This document shows positions 54,465-63,716 of a stretch of DNA of 64,000 nt, one piece after another. Below the pieces are notes generated by a model. The model was not told the DNA's origin, did not search any database, and saw only the letters and a program-made list of their open reading frames with translations. The position numbers were made by a program, and so were the translations under genes. The DNA is from an uncultured delta proteobacterium (GTDB lineage Bacteria > Desulfobacterota > Binatia > Binatales > Binataceae): assembly GCA_963710455.1 (NCBI GenBank), contig CAVQAG010000013.1:661290-725289 (forward strand), read 5' to 3'. How positions within the stretch are numbered: position 1 is the stretch's first letter; each line of letters opens with the position of its first letter.

Positions 54465-55718
54465 ATGCGCTCGTCGCTCGCTTCAGCGGCCATTTCGATT
54501 GGCGCCACAAAAATCCGCGGCACCGCGTTCACGCTGGTTGCGCTCGCCGTCATCACCACGACTATGACGATGCTTGCGATGCTGGCGCCAGCGACCGCGT
54601 TCCCTTACCAGCGGCGGTCCCATACCGCCGCGGTATCCAAATCGGCGGAGACGGATAAGCTCACTGCGCCTTACGCTGCTGCGCTCCTGATGGAACCCGA
54701 GACCGGGACCGTGATGTTCGAGAACAATGAGCACAAGCCGTGGCCCACCGCGTCGCTGGCCAAGATGATGATCGCGATGATCGTGGCGGAGAAACTCGAC
54801 GACGGCAGTCTCAAGCTGAGCGATCGGATCACCACCTCGCGCAACGCGGCCGCGATGGGTGGCTCGCAAGTCTATCTCCGGGAAGGGGAGACATTTTCGC
54901 TCGACGAGATGATGAAAGCGATCATGGTGCACTCGGCCAACGACGCTTCGGTCGCGGTCGCCGAATATATCGGCGGGTCAACCGAAGCTTTCGTGCTTAT
55001 GATGAATCGCGAGGCCGCCCGTCTCAGAATGAAGGATACGCATTACTATTCCGTGGCTGGTTTGCCGCCAGCGCCCGGGCAGCAGGCGGACATGTCGAGC
55101 GCGTGGGACGAGGCGTTGCTGGCGCGCGCGATGATTCAATATCCGCAAATCATGCGCTGGGCGTCGATCGATATCGAGCCGTTTCGCGGCGGCGCCTTCG
55201 AATTGCGCAATACCAATCACCTCATTCGTACGTTCCCCGGATGCGACGGACTCAAGACCGGCTTTTACTACCAGGCCGGTTTCAACGTGGTGGCGACTGC
55301 CCGGCGGAGCGGGATGCGCCTGATTGCCGTGGTTCTCGGCTCGCCCAACAAATTAAAGAATTTCAACTCGGCTTCGGAGCTGATGGCCCAGGGCTTCGCG
55401 ACCTACCAGATGCGAATCGTCGGCAAGCAGGGTGCTCCGATCGAACAGGCGCTGGCGGTCAGCGGCGGATCGCTCGCGAGTTTCAAGCCGGTGTGGGGCC
55501 GAAATCTCAGCGTCATGCAAAAACATGGCGATGAGCCGGGGCTCAAGGTCGAGTTTCAGCTTCCGGCCTCGCTGGCCGCGCCGATTCGCGCCGGACAACA
55601 GGTCGGCCTAGGACAGGCGATGTCTGGTGGCAGAGTGCTGGCGAGCGCTCCCCTCGTTGCACCCGCGGCGATCGGCTCGCGGCTGTCGCTGATGGAGCGT
55701 TTGCGCGGCGCACTCTAG
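54465..55718 (+). CDS. serine-type D-Ala-D-Ala carboxypeptidase (PBP5/6 family, S11)
   Basis: SLAK (SxxK), SAND (SxN), KTG motifs. Signal/TM N-terminus. Confidence 0.85.
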   Translation: MRSSLASAAISIGATKIRGTAFTLVALAVITTTMTMLAMLAPATAFPYQRRSHTAAVSKSAETDKLTAPYAAALLMEPETGTVMFENNEHKPWPTASLAKMMIAMIVAEKLDDGSLKLSDRITTSRNAAAMGGSQVYLREGETFSLDEMMKAIMVHSANDASVAVAEYIGGSTEAFVLMMNREAARLRMKDTHYYSVAGLPPAPGQQADMSSAWDEALLARAMIQYPQIMRWASIDIEPFRGGAFELRNTNHLIRTFPGCDGLKTGFYYQAGFNVVATARRSGMRLIAVVLGSPNKLKNFNSASELMAQGFATYQMRIVGKQGAPIEQALAVSGGSLASFKPVWGRNLSVMQKHGDEPGLKVEFQLPASLAAPIRAGQQVGLGQAMSGGRVLASAPLVAPAAIGSRLSLMERLRGAL

Positions 55719-55755
55719 GCTTGGTTCGAGGAGCGCCGCAGCGGACAATCAATCG

Positions 55756-56670
55756 ATGTCGCTCAGGAAGCTGGTACTCGGCGGTCTGATTGTTCTAACC
55801 GTCTTCGTCCTGATAAACCTCGGCCTACACGTCGGCCAGATACGTCACGATCGGCTGGACTACTCAGTCAGCCAGACCTTTCCGCCCGATAAGCCATTCG
55901 TGCCGGGCGAGATTTACGCGACCACTCTCGCGGCGGTCATGGAAAACGAGCTCAACGGCTTCTTCGGCTGGCGTCCCAACGATTTCCCGCTGTGGGGCAT
56001 GCGTGTGATGGCCGACAATAACGCGAATCGCCAGCTCGGCATCATCATGGCGGTGCGCGAGACCACGCGCGTATTCAAGGACCATCTGACCAAGGTGTCG
56101 TCGAACGAATATGATCCGAACCTGGTGATCGCGGATACCGACTTCCGCAACGACGCACAGAAGTGGATACTGCCGTCGGCGGAGTCCAAGTATCGCGACG
56201 GGGTGCGCCACCTGCATCTCTACGTCGCCGGCCTGCACGCCAATCCCGAGACCTCGCGCGAACTCAACCAGCGCAACGTCGAACTGGTCCGCCTCATCCA
56301 GGCGTGGGGCGATATGCTGGGCGACGCGCACGCCAATCTCTATCGCACGCGCAAGGACGACGGCAGCGCGGTCCACGCCTGGGACGTCGACGATTACTTT
56401 TATCACGCGCAGGGTTACGCGGCCGTGATGTTCTATATGATGCAGGCGGTAAAGCGTGAGTATCACCAGGCGCTGACCACCAAGCCGGTGCTCGCGCAAT
56501 TGTTCGACGAAGCGATCGATCCGCTGGGCAAGGCGGCGATGATGAAGCCGCTTATCGTGCTTGACGGTTCACCCGACGGAATCTTCGCCAACCATCGCCG
56601 CAACCTCGACGCTTACATTTCCGAGGCGCGGCAGAAGATGTACTCGATACGCGAGGAACTGGAGCGCTAA
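55756..56670 (+). CDS. DUF2333-like membrane-anchored protein
   Basis: N-terminal TM helix. GWRPNDF and RQLGII blocks recalled from DUF2333. Confidence 0.6.
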   Translation: MSLRKLVLGGLIVLTVFVLINLGLHVGQIRHDRLDYSVSQTFPPDKPFVPGEIYATTLAAVMENELNGFFGWRPNDFPLWGMRVMADNNANRQLGIIMAVRETTRVFKDHLTKVSSNEYDPNLVIADTDFRNDAQKWILPSAESKYRDGVRHLHLYVAGLHANPETSRELNQRNVELVRLIQAWGDMLGDAHANLYRTRKDDGSAVHAWDVDDYFYHAQGYAAVMFYMMQAVKREYHQALTTKPVLAQLFDEAIDPLGKAAMMKPLIVLDGSPDGIFANHRRNLDAYISEARQKMYSIREELER

Positions 56671-56701
56671 GCCGTTCGCCGGGCGGCCTTCTTTGTTGCA
56701 G

Positions 56702-57772
56702 CTAGTCGCGTGCGATGATCTTCTCGCCGAACTCGCGCGCAAAGCTATCGACGCTGCCGGGCGTCGGGATGAAAGCGACCTGGCGTACGCCTTCGGCCTC
56801 CAGAGCGCGCAGGCGCAAGGTCAGGTCTTCGGGCGTAGCGGTCATGGTGGCGTGGCGGATTAGCTCCGGAGTCACGAAACGCTCCTCCTCCGGTTGCATA
56901 TACATCCCATGGCCATCGTGTAGCTGCATGTAATACGCCGGATTGTCGGCAAAGCGGCGATCCGCGTATTCCTTGTAGGCCGCAAACGTTGCGCGAATCG
57001 GCGCCGGCGCGTTTTCTGCACTTTCGATGCTCTCATAGAGGGCGTGCAGCGCAACCATTGCCCACGGTCCCGCTTCCGCCCGCACGCGCGGCGAGTCGTA
57101 GTTCTCACCAGGCGCCAGCAGGCATGCCGCCGTGAGCAGCATCGTGTAAAGTTCCTCCGGATTGCGGCCCGCCCGCTCTGCGCTCGCTTGCGCCCGCGCC
57201 CAGGTCTCGCGCCATCCTTCGAGCGTGTTGGTCCGCGAGGTGATGAACCCGTCGCCGAGCTCACCGGCAAGCTCGATCGCCTTGGGTGCGTTGCCTGCGA
57301 CGTAGATCGGAATCCGGTCGCGCGTGTTGACCAGCTGGAGTTGCTGGTGGAAAAGACGAATCGGGCGATTCAACCCTCCTTCGCGATAAGCCACCTCGCC
57401 GCCGCCTAGCAGGCCGCGCACCACGCGCACGTGCTCGCGCAACTGGCTTACGCGGTAGGGCGGCATCCCCATCGCGCGCCGCGCGCTGTTACCGGTGCCG
57501 AGTCCAAGCACCACGCGGCCGGGGGCGAGCGCGCCGACTGAGGCGATCGCACACGCGGTTACCGGCGCGATTCGCGTCCCGGCGATCGCGACCCCGGCGC
57601 CTAGCACGATATGCTCGGTCGCCAGCGCCGCCGCCGCCAGCGCCACGTATGGGTCGGCCGCCATCAGCTCCGAATCAGCGACCCAGAAGTGAGTGAAGCC
57701 GTGGCTCTCGGCGAGGCGCGCTTGCGGCGCCGCGGCAGCCGCGTCGGGCATCATCAGGAGGCCAAAATCCAT
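56702..57772 (-). CDS. LLM-class flavin/F420-dependent oxidoreductase
   Basis: MDFGLLMMPD...HFWVADSE...LGLGTGN. ATG at 57770-57772. Confidence 0.8.
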   Translation of the reverse strand: MDFGLLMMPDAAAAAPQARLAESHGFTHFWVADSELMAADPYVALAAAALATEHIVLGAGVAIAGTRIAPVTACAIASVGALAPGRVVLGLGTGNSARRAMGMPPYRVSQLREHVRVVRGLLGGGEVAYREGGLNRPIRLFHQQLQLVNTRDRIPIYVAGNAPKAIELAGELGDGFITSRTNTLEGWRETWARAQASAERAGRNPEELYTMLLTAACLLAPGENYDSPRVRAEAGPWAMVALHALYESIESAENAPAPIRATFAAYKEYADRRFADNPAYYMQLHDGHGMYMQPEEERFVTPELIRHATMTATPEDLTLRLRALEAEGVRQVAFIPTPGSVDSFAREFGEKIIARD

Positions 57773-57789
57773 CCCGCACCTCCTGCGTT

Positions 57790-59268
57790 TCAACCACGCT
57801 TTGCACTCGCGCCGGAAGCCTGACCCGCGCGTGCGATGAACTCCCATACACGTTGCTTGAGCGAATCCTTGAGCTGATAGCCCTGGTAGCGGGCGATGCC
57901 AAGCCGCCAGGGGTCTCCCGAGAAGAAACGCTCGTAGAGCGTTTGGCGGCCCGCGAACGAGGAGCAAGAGACGTCCCACGCGAGACGAAAGAGCCGCACC
58001 CGCTGCTCAGCCGGGACTCCGACGCCCTGGCAATAGAGCGCGACGTCGTCGGCCCGCTCGCCCGCGAACTCCGCCAGAGAGGGCATCATTACCAGGTTGC
58101 TCGAGCCGAGTATCTGCAGAATCTCAACCAGCCGAGGGTAGAGCTGCGGGAAAAGCAAGCGCACGGTCCACAGCGGCTCGGCGTTGGGCAGCACAGTGCC
58201 GGCCGGCCCGCGAACGTGATCGGCTTCGGCGGCGCGGATCGCTGCACGCAGCAGCTCGACGGTGTTGATCATTTCCGCCAGCAGGTTCTGCACGTTCTCG
58301 GCGCGCGAGTTCACGGCGTCACATATGTTAAGAGCCACACCGAGCATAAACTCGGCCTTGGCCAGGTTTTTGATCGCGAACTGATGCATGATCTGGTTGA
58401 TACATCCGGTCTCGACGAACAGCCCATTCACCAGCGCTACGTCGCGCGCGGTGAACACCCGCTCCCACGGCACCAGCACCTGATCGAAGATCGCCACGCA
58501 ATCCATCTCGTCCATCCGCGAGGAGAACGGATGGTCGCCCGGAGGGCCGGCGGTCTCGGTCAGCGAGGGCCTGCAGATGAAGCGCAGGCCGGGCGTGGAC
58601 ATCGGAACGCAGAATGCGAACGCGTAAGGCCGCGCCTCTTCCGAGTTCTGCAGATAGGTCGACGGAAAGACTGCGATCTCGTTGGCGAACGGCGCCAGCG
58701 TCGCGACCGAGCGCGCACCGTTGACCACAATTCCCGCGTCAGTTTCTTTGACGATCGCGGCTGCGACGCCCGGCGGCTGGTTTTGTACCGGTTTCGACTT
58801 GTCCACGGTGGGGCTAAGCAGCGTATGCGTCAAGCACAGGTCGCGCTCGCGCAGGAATTCGTAGTAGGCGCGTATATTGCGACCATACTGTTTGCCGCCG
58901 CGCGCGAAATATTCGTGCGCCGAAGCGAAGCCGGTGATATGGATGTTCATGAAGTCTGGCGTGCGGCCCATCATCCCGCCGCACCAGTCCATCCAGGTCT
59001 TGACCGTCGCGCGGCGGCGTACCAAATCGCTCTCGGAGGCGGGCTCGATGAAGGTCAGACCGATGCGATCACCCGTGCCTGGGGAGGGGTAGGTCAATCG
59101 CTCGCTCAGGTCGGCGCGGTGCTGCAAGTCATACAGCTCTGCCAGGGTGCGCGCCGCCGGACCAAGGCGCGGGTGCGACACGACATCGCTCACTCTCTCG
59201 CCGGCGAGCCAGATCTGCCGATCGTCGCGCAACGAGTCGAGAAACTGCCGCCCAGTCCTGATTCCCAT
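57790..59268 (-). CDS. 4-hydroxyphenylacetate 3-monooxygenase oxygenase-component family (HpaB-like)
   Basis: MGIRTGRQFLDSLRDDRQIWL... after AAGGAGAG. About 492 aa. Confidence 0.8.
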   Translation of the reverse strand: MGIRTGRQFLDSLRDDRQIWLAGERVSDVVSHPRLGPAARTLAELYDLQHRADLSERLTYPSPGTGDRIGLTFIEPASESDLVRRRATVKTWMDWCGGMMGRTPDFMNIHITGFASAHEYFARGGKQYGRNIRAYYEFLRERDLCLTHTLLSPTVDKSKPVQNQPPGVAAAIVKETDAGIVVNGARSVATLAPFANEIAVFPSTYLQNSEEARPYAFAFCVPMSTPGLRFICRPSLTETAGPPGDHPFSSRMDEMDCVAIFDQVLVPWERVFTARDVALVNGLFVETGCINQIMHQFAIKNLAKAEFMLGVALNICDAVNSRAENVQNLLAEMINTVELLRAAIRAAEADHVRGPAGTVLPNAEPLWTVRLLFPQLYPRLVEILQILGSSNLVMMPSLAEFAGERADDVALYCQGVGVPAEQRVRLFRLAWDVSCSSFAGRQTLYERFFSGDPWRLGIARYQGYQLKDSLKQRVWEFIARAGQASGASAKRG

Positions 59269-59337
59269 CGCGCTCTCCTTTATTCGACGCTGTCGCGCTA
59301 GAGCCGTCGGCACCGCGCGCCGCCTCTGCTCGTCCGC

Positions 59338-60165
59338 TTACGCAGGACGAAAGGCGGCGATCGCGTAACCCATGAGGCCGAATGGATAGTAGTAGTTGAA
59401 TTCCATCCGGCTTGGCTCGGGCACCGCCGCGCGCATCGCCAGCCACTGGACGACCTCGATCGAATGCTCGCCTCCCAGGTGCGCGAAATCAGCCATCGAG
59501 TAGCGGGCGAGACTCGATGGCGAGTGCTCGAGAAGCACAAGAAACTCGCGATCCCATTCGGCGAACACCTTGCCGAAGTCAGGGCCGGTCAATTGATGGG
59601 ACAGACCACCGGTGCCGATGACTGCGACGCGCAGGTCCTCGGGATAGGAATTGATCGCTGCGCGCACGGCTTTACCCAGTGCCCAGCAGCGCGCGGGTGT
59701 CGGGAGCGGATCGAGCACCACGTTGATCGTCATCGGCACTACCGGCACGCGCCAGCCTTCATTGATCATCGGCATCGGCGAGAGAAACCCGTGATCGAGT
59801 TCAATCCGATGCGAGGTCATCAGGTCAAAACCGCGGTCAAGCAATTGCGCAGCCAAGTGGCGTCCAAGCGCGCGATGACCCGGCACCGGCGCAAAGCGCC
59901 GTGGCCCCCATCCTTCGTCGGCGATCTGGTATTCGTCAGCCACGCCGATAGAGAATGCCGGCCACGCGTCGAAAAAATAGTTGTCGACGTGATCGTTGTA
60001 AATCACCACCAGTGCGTCGGGGCGTCGCTCTGCGAGCCAGCGTGCGGCATGCGCGAAAGCGTCGAACAGCGGCTTCATTCCCTGGTCTTGCGACACCCCG
60101 CTGTCGTAGGCATGCGCGATCGAAGGTGCGTGCGAACATCCGAGTCCCGCAACGACCGTCGCCAT
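59338..60165 (-). CDS. class III extradiol ring-cleavage dioxygenase, LigB-like subunit
   Basis: GCSHAP, YNDH, GTGGLSH blocks. Confidence 0.8.
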   Translation of the reverse strand: MATVVAGLGCSHAPSIAHAYDSGVSQDQGMKPLFDAFAHAARWLAERRPDALVVIYNDHVDNYFFDAWPAFSIGVADEYQIADEGWGPRRFAPVPGHRALGRHLAAQLLDRGFDLMTSHRIELDHGFLSPMPMINEGWRVPVVPMTINVVLDPLPTPARCWALGKAVRAAINSYPEDLRVAVIGTGGLSHQLTGPDFGKVFAEWDREFLVLLEHSPSSLARYSMADFAHLGGEHSIEVVQWLAMRAAVPEPSRMEFNYYYPFGLMGYAIAAFRPA

Positions 60166-60175
60166 CGCGCCGCTC

Positions 60176-60538
60176 CTACGACGACGGCTTCGCCGGCTCT
60201 GTTTGGTCCGGCAACAGGGCGAGTGGACGATTGCGTTTGTTCTGCTCCTCGATGAAACGCCGAAACTCCTCGTTGCTCATCCCGCGCATCGCGGCGCCCA
60301 TCTCTAGCAGGCTTACGCCGAACGCGGCCCCAAGCTTCGTAAGCAGGTAGACGCTGACGCCGGCATCGACCAACCCCTGCCAGTCGCGGTTCATCAAAAG
60401 ACCCAGCTCATGCTCACCGATTGCATAGCGCCGATAATACGCATGGGGATTGGTGCGAACGGCTTCGCGATTGGCCGGGTTACGCAAGTCGTAGAGCAAG
60501 CGGCTGATTTCGTAAACGTTCGTGTGGTGCGTCTTCAT
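60176..60538 (-). CDS. LigA-like small subunit of aromatic ring-opening dioxygenase
   Basis: 120 aa, RLLYDLRNPANREAV...GVSVYLLTKL, directly upstream of the LigB-like gene. Confidence 0.7.
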   Translation of the reverse strand: MKTHHTNVYEISRLLYDLRNPANREAVRTNPHAYYRRYAIGEHELGLLMNRDWQGLVDAGVSVYLLTKLGAAFGVSLLEMGAAMRGMSNEEFRRFIEEQNKRNRPLALLPDQTEPAKPSS

Positions 60539-60711
60539 TGCGGGCGGTCGCTGCCATCGCCATTTATGCCAGCCGGTTAATCGCTGTCAATGACCTTCAA
60601 CCTGCTACGCCGTCTCTAAAACCGATTCGTTGCGCTTTGACAGCCGCCGGGCGCGCGGCGCATCGTTTGTGCGACGCTGCCTGCGATTCGACGTGCGGGA
60701 ACGAGGGTGCC

Positions 60712-61767
60712 ATGACCGACCTAATAAGCGCCGACCTCGGCCGTATCCGCCTCAAAAACCCGATCGTCTGTGCGTCCTCGGAATTCACGATGACGCTCGC
60801 GGGAATCCGTGCCGCGCTGGATGCCGGCGCGGGAGCCGTGATCGCGAAATCGGTCAACGAAGCGCCCGGCGCAGCCCGCCAACTCGATATCGCAGAATAC
60901 GTGATGCTCGATTCGGGAGGGGCGATTGTGCCGTGGGAGCGTGCGGAGCTCGACGCTTCGTTGTTCTGCCGCTCAGGCCTCGCGCAAACGCCGCTCGACC
61001 AGTGGCTTGAGATGCTGGCGCGCGCGGACGCTGAAGCGCGCACGCACGACGCTTACGTGGCGGGTAGCATCACGGTCGCCGCCGCCGCGCCGGCGGCGCG
61101 CATCGCGGCAGCGATGGAAGCCGCGGGGCTCCGATGGATCGAGCTGAATTTGAGCGCGCCGCATGGCCGCGAGGCCGTCGATGGCGCAGTGCGCCAGGTC
61201 AGCGACGCCGAGGCGGTGCACGAGTACGTTCGTCAGGTGCGCGCTGCGACCACGGTCCCGCTTACCGTAAAGCTAACCGCGCAGACCGGCGATCCGCTCG
61301 CGCTGGCTGAGCGTGCGATCGCGGCCGGCGCCGACATGCTGGTCCTGATGGGGCGTTTGCAGGGCTTCATGCCGGATATCGAGACGATGCAGCCGATTCT
61401 CGGGTCGGCCGGCGCAATTGGAGGGAGATGGTCGTTGCCCTTGACGCTCTACTGGATCAGCAGATGCTTCAAGGCGCTCCCGCAGGAAATTCCCTTGCTC
61501 GCCACAAACGGCGTGCGTACTGGCGACGATATCGTCCGGGCGATTTTGAGCGGGGCGCGCGGCGTGGAAATCGCGAGCGTCATGCTGGCCCGCGGTGCTG
61601 GAGTGATCGGCGAGATGCTCGCGGGGCTCGGAGCGTATTGCGCGCGCAAGGGGATCGCGCGGCTGGATGAAATCGTAGGGCGTGCATCCGACGCAGCGCT
61701 CGGCTACGGCGCGCTGCCACCAACAAAGCGCACCAGCTATCCGTGGGACCGCTTTATAAAGCCTTGA
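60712..61767 (+). CDS. dihydroorotate / dihydropyrimidine dehydrogenase-like FMN oxidoreductase
   Basis: LKNPIVCASSEF, IELNLSAPHG, late GVRTGDD. ATG at 60712, inside ORF 60538..61767. Confidence 0.7.
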   Translation: MTDLISADLGRIRLKNPIVCASSEFTMTLAGIRAALDAGAGAVIAKSVNEAPGAARQLDIAEYVMLDSGGAIVPWERAELDASLFCRSGLAQTPLDQWLEMLARADAEARTHDAYVAGSITVAAAAPAARIAAAMEAAGLRWIELNLSAPHGREAVDGAVRQVSDAEAVHEYVRQVRAATTVPLTVKLTAQTGDPLALAERAIAAGADMLVLMGRLQGFMPDIETMQPILGSAGAIGGRWSLPLTLYWISRCFKALPQEIPLLATNGVRTGDDIVRAILSGARGVEIASVMLARGAGVIGEMLAGLGAYCARKGIARLDEIVGRASDAALGYGALPPTKRTSYPWDRFIKP

Positions 61768-61801
61768 GACTGCCCGACGACCACCCGGAGCATCAGAAGA
61801 G

Positions 61802-61816
61802 GCCCGTCCCACGGGC
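61802..61816 (+). terminator. weak terminator-like hairpin
   Basis: GCCCGT-CCC-ACGGGC followed by ATTCTTTGT. Confidence 0.3.
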
Positions 61817-62161
61817 ATTCTTTGTCTGCGCGGTCCCTACCCGACGACTACCCGAGCAACGCTCGCGAGGTCGCTGTGGTATCAGGCTGGTATCAGACAC
61901 AGCGAGGCCGGACCGGCCATTGCACCGGCGCAGCTCGCGCCGGACCAAGCCATGCCGCGACAGCCGCCCGCCGCGATGTGCGGGCCGCAGGATGTCGGTC
62001 GGAGCCATCTTCTGTTGATTCTTGGTGCGGCGTAAAATGCATCTAAATTGGGATAGGGGGCAAGCGCGACGAAGCTACCAACAGGCCAAGCCCTGAAGAA
62101 AGCACTCGCTGATCGCGGCATCTCCACTGCGGGATTACAAATCTCGGCAGCCGGAACTCCG

Positions 62162-63019
62162 ATGGAAGCAGCGATGCAAGGGCGGTTGTTGGAGGTACTA
62201 CGTCTTGAGCGTGAGGAAGAAATGGCAAAGGCTACAACAAAAGCAGCAACTCCGCCGTCACTCCAACCAGCGCAGGCAATAGATGTACTGCGAAAGCTCC
62301 ACGAGAGAGGCACCGCTCTGCTTTCGAAACGCCCTGTGGGAGAGAATGCGGCGGAAGCGTGGGCGACAACCGGCCGCGAAATGTTGATTAAGGCCTTCGG
62401 ATCAAATTCTGATAACGTACGCGATTTTTCTGAGCCAGCGATGTACCGATCCCCGCACGTGGATTCTCCTGCCGGATGGGAAGAAGTCCGCGCTGAAAAC
62501 CTCGAAGGGCAGTTGTCCATCCTTGGAAGTTGTATCGAGCAGTTGGAACTTATAACCGTCGAGCCCAGCAACGCTCTCCCGGCATCAGCAGCACCAGGTG
62601 GGGATCGGGTGTTCATAGGTCATGGTGGCGATCCTGCGTGGCGAGAACTGAAGGATTTTCTGGTAGACCGCCTAAAGCTAAAACATGAGGAGTTCAATCG
62701 AGAACCGGTGGCTGGAATTTCGACGGCGGAACGGCTTCAGAAAATGCTCGACGCGAGTGCATTCGCATTCATCGTGATGACGGGCGAAGACGAACACCGG
62801 GATGGTAAACAGCATGCAAGGGAAAGCGTCATTCACGAGATAGGCCTATTCCAAGGTCATCTTGGTTTTCGTCGCGCGATCATTCTTCTAGAGGAGGGGT
62901 GTGAAGAATTTGGGAATATTGAAGGTCTTACGCAGATTCGATTCAAGAAAGGGCAGATATCAGCAAAGTTCGAGGAGATCCGAAGGACGTTGGAACGCGA
63001 GGGTCTGCTGCCGAAATGA
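62162..63019 (+). CDS. TIR-like domain protein (PF10137 / Cap12-PycTIR-type) with an unknown N-terminal helical domain
   Basis: The C-terminal approx. 130 aa read VFIGHGGD...FAFIVMTGEDE...ARESVIHEIGLFQGHLGFRRAIILLEEG...NIEGL..IRF. Alternative start ATG at 62222 after GAGGAAG. Confidence 0.65.
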   Translation: MEAAMQGRLLEVLRLEREEEMAKATTKAATPPSLQPAQAIDVLRKLHERGTALLSKRPVGENAAEAWATTGREMLIKAFGSNSDNVRDFSEPAMYRSPHVDSPAGWEEVRAENLEGQLSILGSCIEQLELITVEPSNALPASAAPGGDRVFIGHGGDPAWRELKDFLVDRLKLKHEEFNREPVAGISTAERLQKMLDASAFAFIVMTGEDEHRDGKQHARESVIHEIGLFQGHLGFRRAIILLEEGCEEFGNIEGLTQIRFKKGQISAKFEEIRRTLEREGLLPK

Positions 63020-63056
63020 AGCTCAAATTGTCAAGTCGGGGCTCGGCTCGAATATA

Positions 63057-63239
63057 TTAGTGGGTCGTCTTTGACCCGCGCTTGTACTTAAACTGGTTGC
63101 CCTCCTCCGAAGTTGGCGGAATCCTCTCGCCCCGCTCAATCACCGTGCGACGACCGCCTTCTACTTTCCCTCCACGCGGCCCAATTTCGACCAGTTCACC
63201 AGAATCCGGCGCTTTCTCGCCTGGCTTGTAAGTCTCCAC
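63057..63239 (-). CDS. YjzC-like small protein
   Basis: KPGEKAPDSGELVEIGPRGG...ERGERIPPTSEEGNQFKY resembles YjzC-family proteins from memory. GTG start 1 nt after the upstream stop. Confidence 0.5.
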   Translation of the reverse strand: METYKPGEKAPDSGELVEIGPRGGKVEGGRRTVIERGERIPPTSEEGNQFKYKRGSKTTH

Positions 63240-63240
63240 C

Positions 63241-63552
63241 TTAAACCCCTCCTTTCGTGATTGTGACGCCGAGTTGTTGGAGCGCTCGCCCCACCTCGGA
63301 CGGATCGTTAAGCGAGTAATAGCGCCTGCTGCCGCCGCGCGTGAGTTCGGCCTTGGTGAGTATCCCGCGCGTGACCAGCGGCTTCAGGTTGGGCAACCAG
63401 CCTGTCTTCTGGATGATCCACGAACCCGCAAAGTGATTCCCGTACGCTTGGGCGAATTCATAGCCCGCTGCCACCGCTGGAATCCACACCGGATCTTCTG
63501 CAGCCAACTTTATTACCTGCTCGAATACAGTCGCCACTGAATCTCCCCCCAT
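63241..63552 (-). CDS. hypothetical protein, possible winged-helix C-terminus
   Basis: 103-aa ORF. No family recognised. Confidence 0.45.
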   Translation of the reverse strand: MGGDSVATVFEQVIKLAAEDPVWIPAVAAGYEFAQAYGNHFAGSWIIQKTGWLPNLKPLVTRGILTKAELTRGGSRRYYSLNDPSEVGRALQQLGVTITKGGV

Positions 63553-63701
63553 TATTTGCGGCGTGAACCGCGCTTCGTGCGCCGTCTGGTTTCGGCGAGA
63601 GCCGCTCCTGCAACGGACCGCACCCGGCGGGAACGAGAGTCTCGCAGCAGCTCACCCGCCTCGCTTGCCACTCTTTTGCTCGTACCTTTTCGCTTCTTCA
63701 C
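63552..63701 (-). CDS. possible 49-aa highly basic protein
   Basis: VKKRKGTSKRVASEAGELLRDSRSRRVRSVAGAALAETRRRTKRGSRRK. GTG after GAGGAGAGG. Its TAA overlaps the next ATG (TAATG). Below the ORF-track cut-off. Confidence 0.3.
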   Translation of the reverse strand: MKKRKGTSKRVASEAGELLRDSRSRRVRSVAGAALAETRRRTKRGSRRK

Positions 63702-63716
63702 CGACCTCTCCTCGTC

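Noticed and set aside
61882-62616. 244-aa minus-strand ORF opposite the TIR-like gene.
   Set aside because: It is antisense to an ORF with a recognisable domain, and its Ser/Ala/Arg-rich translation has no motifs.
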